Below are positions 58,070 through 64,000 of a stretch of 64,000 bases of DNA, piece after piece; position 1 is the stretch's first letter; every line of letters starts with the position of its first letter. The notes beneath the pieces were generated by a model. It was not told the DNA's origin. It searched no databases and saw only the letters and a list, made by a program, of their open reading frames with translations. Source of the DNA: the human T2T-CHM13v2.0 reference genome, Homo sapiens; the NCBI RefSeq assembly GCF_009914755.1, contig NC_060932.1, one strand, 5' to 3'. A program made the translations under genes and the position numbers.

Positions 58070-58625
58070 TTTTAGAAATTCTTGTTCCTCAGTGCCACAA
58101 AGAAATAGAACTTGAACATTAATTTTCTCAGCAAGGCAATTTTTACTTCTATAGAAGGGTGTGAATGATGAATGGAGGAATGGCGAGAGCACACCCGGGC
58201 ACGGGAGGGGAAGGAGTTCTTATTCCTGATGCAGGTAGCCCCTACTGCTGTGTCATTCCCCTATTGGGTACGGTTGGACTGCACAGTCTAAGCCAATTCT
58301 GATTGGCTATTTTAAAGAGAGCAAGGGCATAAGCCAGAGTGGTGGGGTGAGTAGTTTGGCTGGAAGGAGAGTTAGGAACAGGTAATTAAAGGTGACTTAG
58401 GTCAGAGCAGGTGACTGGAATGATTCAGGACAGAGCAGGTGACCAGGGAACAGATGTGAACTACTGATTAGTTCTGGCAGGAAAGTTGTTCACTGAAACT
58501 AGAAGCAAGGGGGTGAAGAGAACCAGGAAGTTAAACTTTAAAATGGAGAATCAAAGAATAAGAGAGCTGAGCATACTGACATACTGATTCTTTGAAGAGA
58601 AACTTGGGGTTCACTATATTTAACA
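58070..58625 (-). repeat. 3' LTR10 (A/F-like)
   Basis: Minus strand TGTTAAATATAGTGAACCCCAAGTTTCTCTTCAAAGAATCAGTATGTCAGTATG...GGCACTGAGGAACAAG. Confidence 0.85.
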
Positions 58626-58639
58626 ATCCTCCAAGTTGA

Positions 58640-60610
58640 AATTTTACAGTTCTTTCTCTTCAAACTTCCTTACCACCATGTCTTGGCTTAGTTGTTCTGC
58701 TTGCTTCCCTAAAAGAAAAAGCTTCTATGAATAAGGTGGAGGAGAATTAAGGGAGGTTTTAGTAAATGCTGCCTCTATGAGTCTGTGCACCAGCACATGG
58801 ATGCATGGTATGACACAACACCTGACAAGAATGAGTACACCTACTGCAGCTGCGAGAGAAGTAAGACTTGAGGCTATGATTCCTTTCCATTTACCGAACC
58901 ATTTTTCTAGCCACCTTGTAAAGGGATCATTTACCCCTGAGCTTTTGGCTAACTCATTGGACAGAGCAGTGAGACCTTGCAATGCCTTTGTTATACTTCT
59001 ATCAGGGGCGGTATTGTTTGGGATGAAGGTACAACATTGAGTTTGAATCATGACACAAACTCCTCCTCTTTCTGCTAATATCATGTCTAAGGCTATTCTA
59101 TCTTTCCAAACCATCTGGCTAGTAGCCCCTAATTGCTCAGCTATTCTTTAACAGCATCTTTAGTGTAGGTAATAAACTGCTGTTGGTTGTAATAGATGCA
59201 ATTTATCCAATCTACATTTTTATTAACTGTCACCCACCAAAATATTGACCCAAATCCTGCAGCTATTTGATCTTGGGATTTAAATTTATCTGGTACTCTT
59301 TGTGGGACTACAATTGCATCTAAATATACGTCAGCATTGAAAGAGCTATAAGGGGCTCCTCTTGCTTTATGGTGTTGTATTTTTCCTTCCTCTGTTTGAT
59401 GAAATGCAAGGGTGGAAGGGAGAGCCGATTGGACTAGAGCAAAAAGCCACTCCAGTTACTTGGCACAGTGTCCAGTAAAGGTTCACCACAATACCACCGC
59501 ACATCTGCTCAGGATGAACAAGGGCTGATGATTGGTAAGCTCTTGAAAGGCCTTAAGTTCACTGCATCCCTTCAGATCTCCAAGGAACGCTACATTACCT
59601 CTTTGTCGTGACAGACATGAAGTGAACTTAGTGTCAGGAGACGGAGGCTGGATGGCCCTCAGGGGCTGACCCACACGGTTTTGAATTTCAGGATATAGCA
59701 GAGAGAGCTTGGCATGACTTGTTATCCCAGGCTGCGGAATCCTGGAAAAGAGTTACCATACAGCCCATGCATGGTCGACTGGAGGACCATCCTAGTGGAA
59801 AGGGGACTATCTGGGTCTCTGGCCTACCATGCTCACAAGCATAACAATTGCTTTCGTTTAATGTGCAGATGGAATATTTAATCCATTCCAACCAGGCATT
59901 TGCATCTTGATATCCTGTCTCTGTTGCTGAACTTTGTTTTAAATCATTTACTTCTACAATGTCTACTGTGGTCCTATCATTGGGTATGGAAGGGATGACA
60001 GTTTGATCGGAAGAAGGTCCAAACGGACAAGAGGGGGAAGGGGATAAAGAGGGGGAGGGATTAACAAAAAGCATTTCAAAAGACCCTATGAGGTCTTTTG
60101 GCCAAGTTAGCTCCCCTGCCATAGAAGCAACCTAAAGTGGAGTCAGGATCAGTAGAGGTAGAGGTAAGAATAGAGAGCTGCACTGGGTTGCGTTGGTACT
60201 GTTGATAATTCGAGGGAACACTCTCTTTGGTGAAACAGAGGTATGGTTTTAGAGAGGTGCAGCCCTATGAGGAAGCCCACCCCTGTTCCTCAGTGATCCA
60301 CAGGACATTGTCCCAGGAGGGACAGTGCCGTCCTGGAAACTTGTTCAGTTTCCAAAATGTGAGAAACGTGGGGGACTTGGTTTCCGTGAAGCAAGGGTCA
60401 CAGATGTCAGAATTCCTATGCACTCATAGAAGTGACTTTGGAAGGACAGAGAGATTTTTCTGAGGAGGCCAGTTGCCTTTCGTTTTGGAGATCCTTGCAA
60501 GGTATGGAGAGATAGGCATCAAATGTGATTGTCTAAGGAAAAGGTGACCTGATTACATGAATAATGAGGTGGTCACCAGTAGAGCAAGGAAAGAAGAAAG
60601 AGTAATAAAA
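58640..60610 (-). pseudogene. env: HERV-I env, disrupted
   Basis: SU fragment (ETGYQDANAWLEWIKY...NCYAC); TM immunosuppressive domain and CX6CC (WKDRIALDMILAERGGVCVMIQTQCCTFIP); several frameshifts. Confidence 0.9.
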
Positions 60611-60624
60611 TAAATGAAGGAGGG

Positions 60625-63600
60625 TTAAACTTTGTTTAGCTTTAGTTTGATAGGGTTTTCCCCTGGGACTATGTCCCATGACTCTGGAGGGGCTGACACT
60701 TTCTTGACTTCATTGTGCTGGGTCCATCCTGTCTCTGCTGTCCGGACTGCAGTTTCAGTAGTTAGGAGTACTAAGTAAGGTCCTTCCCAGGCTGGTTCGA
60801 GCTTTTCCTCTTTCCAGCTTTTGATGAGGACATGATCCCCAGGTTGATGTTGATGCACTGTCAACTCCTGTGCTAAGAGGCCTCTACTTTTAAGAGAAGA
60901 GAAAGTAGAAGATACACCAAATATATAATTTTTAAGAAATTGATCTTTTGTTTCAAAGGTAGGAATGTTAGCAGTAGACTGTAAATAAGGCAACCCATAG
61001 AGCATCTCATAAGGAGAAAGACCAATGTCTTTCCATGGGGCAGTTCGGATTCTCAACAGGGCAGTGGGAAGGCATTTGGCCCATGGTAACCGAGTCTCTA
61101 GAAATAATTTGGTTAAGTGGTTCTTTACAGTCTGATTCATTCTTTCTACTCTCCCTGATGAAGGTGGGTGCCAGGGAGCATGGTATTCCCATCTAATGTC
61201 TAATGTTTGGGATAGCTTTTTAATGATGTGTGCAGTGAAATGAGTTCCATTGTCTGAGTCAGTGTTTTCTATTAGTACGAACCTGGGTACTATATTTTCA
61301 GTTAGGGCCTTGACTACATTATTGGCTGTTGCATTTGAAAAGGGGTTAGCTTCAACCCAGTGAGTGAGGTGATCTGTTATCACTAGTAAGTATTTTAGAT
61401 GACCTATTGGAGGCGTTTCTGTGTAGTCAACTTCGATACTTTGGAATGGCCTTAAGCTTGGATTCCTTTCCCCAAGGGGTAATCTTTTCATAGTTTATTA
61501 GTTTTTGTACATACTAAGCAACTATCTGTAACTTGTTTGGCCAGGGTATAAATTCCTATGCACCCATAAACTCTGAGAACTGCATCACACATGGCCTGGG
61601 GCCCCCAGTGAGTCCGTTGATGTAGCTGGAATAAGATTTCCCTCATAAGGGGTTTAGACAACATTTCTCTCTGGTCTGGCAATATCCATTTTCCTTCTGA
61701 ATTCTCTTTAGCATGTATTTTTATTAGTTTTTATTTTTCAGTGGAAGATAAAATGGGGATTATGGTAGGAGGAGGAAGGTAGGAAGTTAAGTGGAAAATA
61801 GGTATTTTAGAGGATACAGCAGCCTGCTTGCCTATCTGATCTGCTAGGTAATTTCCTGGACTTTCAAAAGAAAGGCTTTTCTGGTGTCCGGGAACATGGA
61901 CAGTAGCTATTTCTTCTGGCAACTAAAGATTATTCAGTACTTGGGTGATTAGCTCCTTGTGAACAAGGTCTTGACCTTTACTATTAATGAGACCTCATTC
62001 AGTCCAAATTTTTCCAAATGTATGAGCCACTCCAAAGGTGTACTTAGAATTGCTATAGATGGTTCCTTCCTGGTTCTGCAAGTACTTTAAGGCTTGGCTG
62101 AGTGCAAACAGCTCAAAAGTTTGGGCAGACCAATTATTAGGCAATTTTCCTGACTCTTTTTTTAAGAGTTTCTCCATCAGTTACTGAATTCCCATTGTGT
62201 CTTTTCCCCTCAATCACCCAGGAAGAACTATCTATAAATAAGTGTCCTCCCGTCCTAAAGGGAGTTTCTCCTACATCTGGTCGGGCCTTTATATAATAAT
62301 TAAATCTAAACATGTGCGTTCCCTCTTTAGATTGGGATCCCCCTTTATGAAACCTGCTTGGTTAAGCTCATTATCAGTGGTTAATGTTAAATCATCTTTT
62401 TCTAAAAACATAGCGTTATATTTTAAGATTCTTGTGTCTGTGAGCCACCTCCCTGCTTTCTGGTTTAAGATAGTTGTAACTTGGTGAAACGTGCTTACTG
62501 TCAATTTTCCTTGAAAGGTAAACTTTCTACTTTCTTTGACCAATACTGTTGTAACCGCAATACTGAGGCCATCCACAAGTAACTGGGTCTAAGACATTTG
62601 AAAGTAAGTCCGCAGGCTGTTGATGACCCCCCTATTCTTGAGTAATCACTTCCAAAGCTACTCCATTGTTCACATTGACAAAAAGGTGGAATGGCTTCCC
62701 AAGGGAAGGTAAGGCTAAAACAGAGGTGGTTATGACTCTTTCAGCTCTTCAACTAGATCAACTTCCTCAGAAGTCCACAGGAAGCGGTCAGGCTTCCCCT
62801 GGACAAGTTTTTGATGTAACAGTTTACTGTGTAGTGCATATAAGTCAGTCCATAAGCAGTGGCATCCAACTAACCCTACATATTTCCTGAGTTCTTGTTG
62901 GAGGTAAGTGTGAGGACACGATTCCTTCAACTCATTCCAGCCCTGTTCTTTTCTTGCCTGCACTTATTAAGTGGCCTAAATATTTAACTTCAGGCTCTAC
63001 ATACTGAAGCTTTCCTTTTGAGACTTGTAGCCTTTCGAACGCAGATGGTTAAGAATATGTGTAGAGAAGTCAGTTACCTTCTTTATACCTTCACCAGATA
63101 CAAGAAGATCATCCACATACTGGAGCAAGCATATTTGTTTTGGGATGACAACTTTTTCTAATACTTGTTCTAAAATTTGGCCGAAAAGATTAGGGGAGTC
63201 TGTGAATCCTTGGGGCAAGACTGTCCATCAGATACTATTGTTTGTGCCCTGAATGGGAGTCCTCCCACTCAAAAGCAAACATATCTAGGCTGTCTTCATC
63301 CAGGGATGTGCCCAAAAAGCATCCTTTAAATGTATTACAGTAAACCATTGATGATCATATGGAATCTTACTGAGAATGGTGTAAGGATTGGGGATGATGG
63401 GGTGGGTAGTCTGGACTATTTGGTTGAGAGCTGTAAGGTCCTGTACCAGCTGGTATGACCTGTCTGATTTCTTGACTGGCAGTATTGGAGTGTTATAAGG
63501 GGACATACAGGGCTCGAGAAGCCCATCTTTAATAAGGCCCTCAATTACAGGCTTCAACCCTATCCTACCCTCTAGGAGAATGGGGTATTGCTTCCTTCTT

Positions 63601-63700
63601 ACTACTTCTCCAGGGGTTTTTAGCTTGACGTTGATTGGAAGGACTCAGAGTTTCCCTCGGTTCCCTTCTTTGGACCAGACATTAGGATTAATATATTTTT
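60625..63700 (-). pseudogene. pol: HERV-I pol (RT-RNaseH-IN), disrupted
   Basis: SPYNTPILPVKK, PQGFTDSP, LLQYVDDLL, RNaseH HVPGHQ, IN HHCC and D,D(35)E, GPY. Confidence 0.95.
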
Positions 63701-64000
63701 CGTCTACAGTGGTGAGTTGGTTTAATGAGATGAGGAAACCTCTTGGACTGACCTGTGGGTCTATGCCTAATTGCAACATTAGATCCCTCCCCAGTAAGTT
63801 AGTCCCTGCTTCAGGGATTAACAAAAACTGAATATGAGCTGATTGATCCTGGTATCTAACTTCTGTATTGTCTAAAATTGTTCCTTTAAACCCTTCTCCT
63901 TTTACCCCAGAGACTAATAGTTCTTCTGAAGAACAGGCAATATTAGGGGGATGAAGGAAACAGAGGAACGGACCACCCTGGAGTGCATTAAAAAGGTGAC
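63700..64000 (-). pseudogene. pro: HERV-I protease, degenerate
   Basis: NLLGRDLMLQLGI motif near 63770-63805; active site mutated (FLMHSR in place of FLxDSG). Confidence 0.75.

Larger units (their letters stand above)
58070..64000 (-). mobile_element. HERV-I/HERVIP10-family provirus (3' LTR, env, pol, pro); continues past the window end
   Basis: LTR10-type LTR plus gamma/ERV1-type pol and env relics in retroviral order. Confidence 0.9.

Overview
This is primate (human-like) genomic DNA, AT-rich and made mostly of transposable elements. I can support no host protein-coding gene, RNA gene or CRISPR array. Content: nested old L1s (L1MA/MC/ME-like, L1PA15/16-like), L2, MIRs, about 10 Alus, and solo LTRs (THE1, MER31-like, MLT1, MER41A, LTR1-like, LTR22). 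There is a two-LTR, internally deleted HERV-K(HML-5)/LTR22 provirus on the minus strand (34195-39308, ACAGT target-site duplication) and the 3' part of a HERV-I/HERVIP10 (LTR10) provirus on the minus strand (58070 to window end). Most listed ORFs are repeat or microsatellite artefacts; only the ERV gag/pol/env and L1 ORF2 fragments are real protein relics. The most unusual signals: (i) four short (39-180 bp) same-strand, non-tandem duplications, each copied 1.4-2.4 kb away, two with scrambled junctions; (ii) an in-frame gag-to-protease deletion in the HML-5 provirus; (iii) a possible chain of minus-strand non-coding exons in unique DNA; (iv) an ETS-IRF/IRF/GC-box motif cluster at about 42.7-43.05 kb; (v) several atypical retrotransposition junctions. 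Subfamily names come from remembered consensus sequences and the boundaries of old elements are approximate; nothing was checked by database search.
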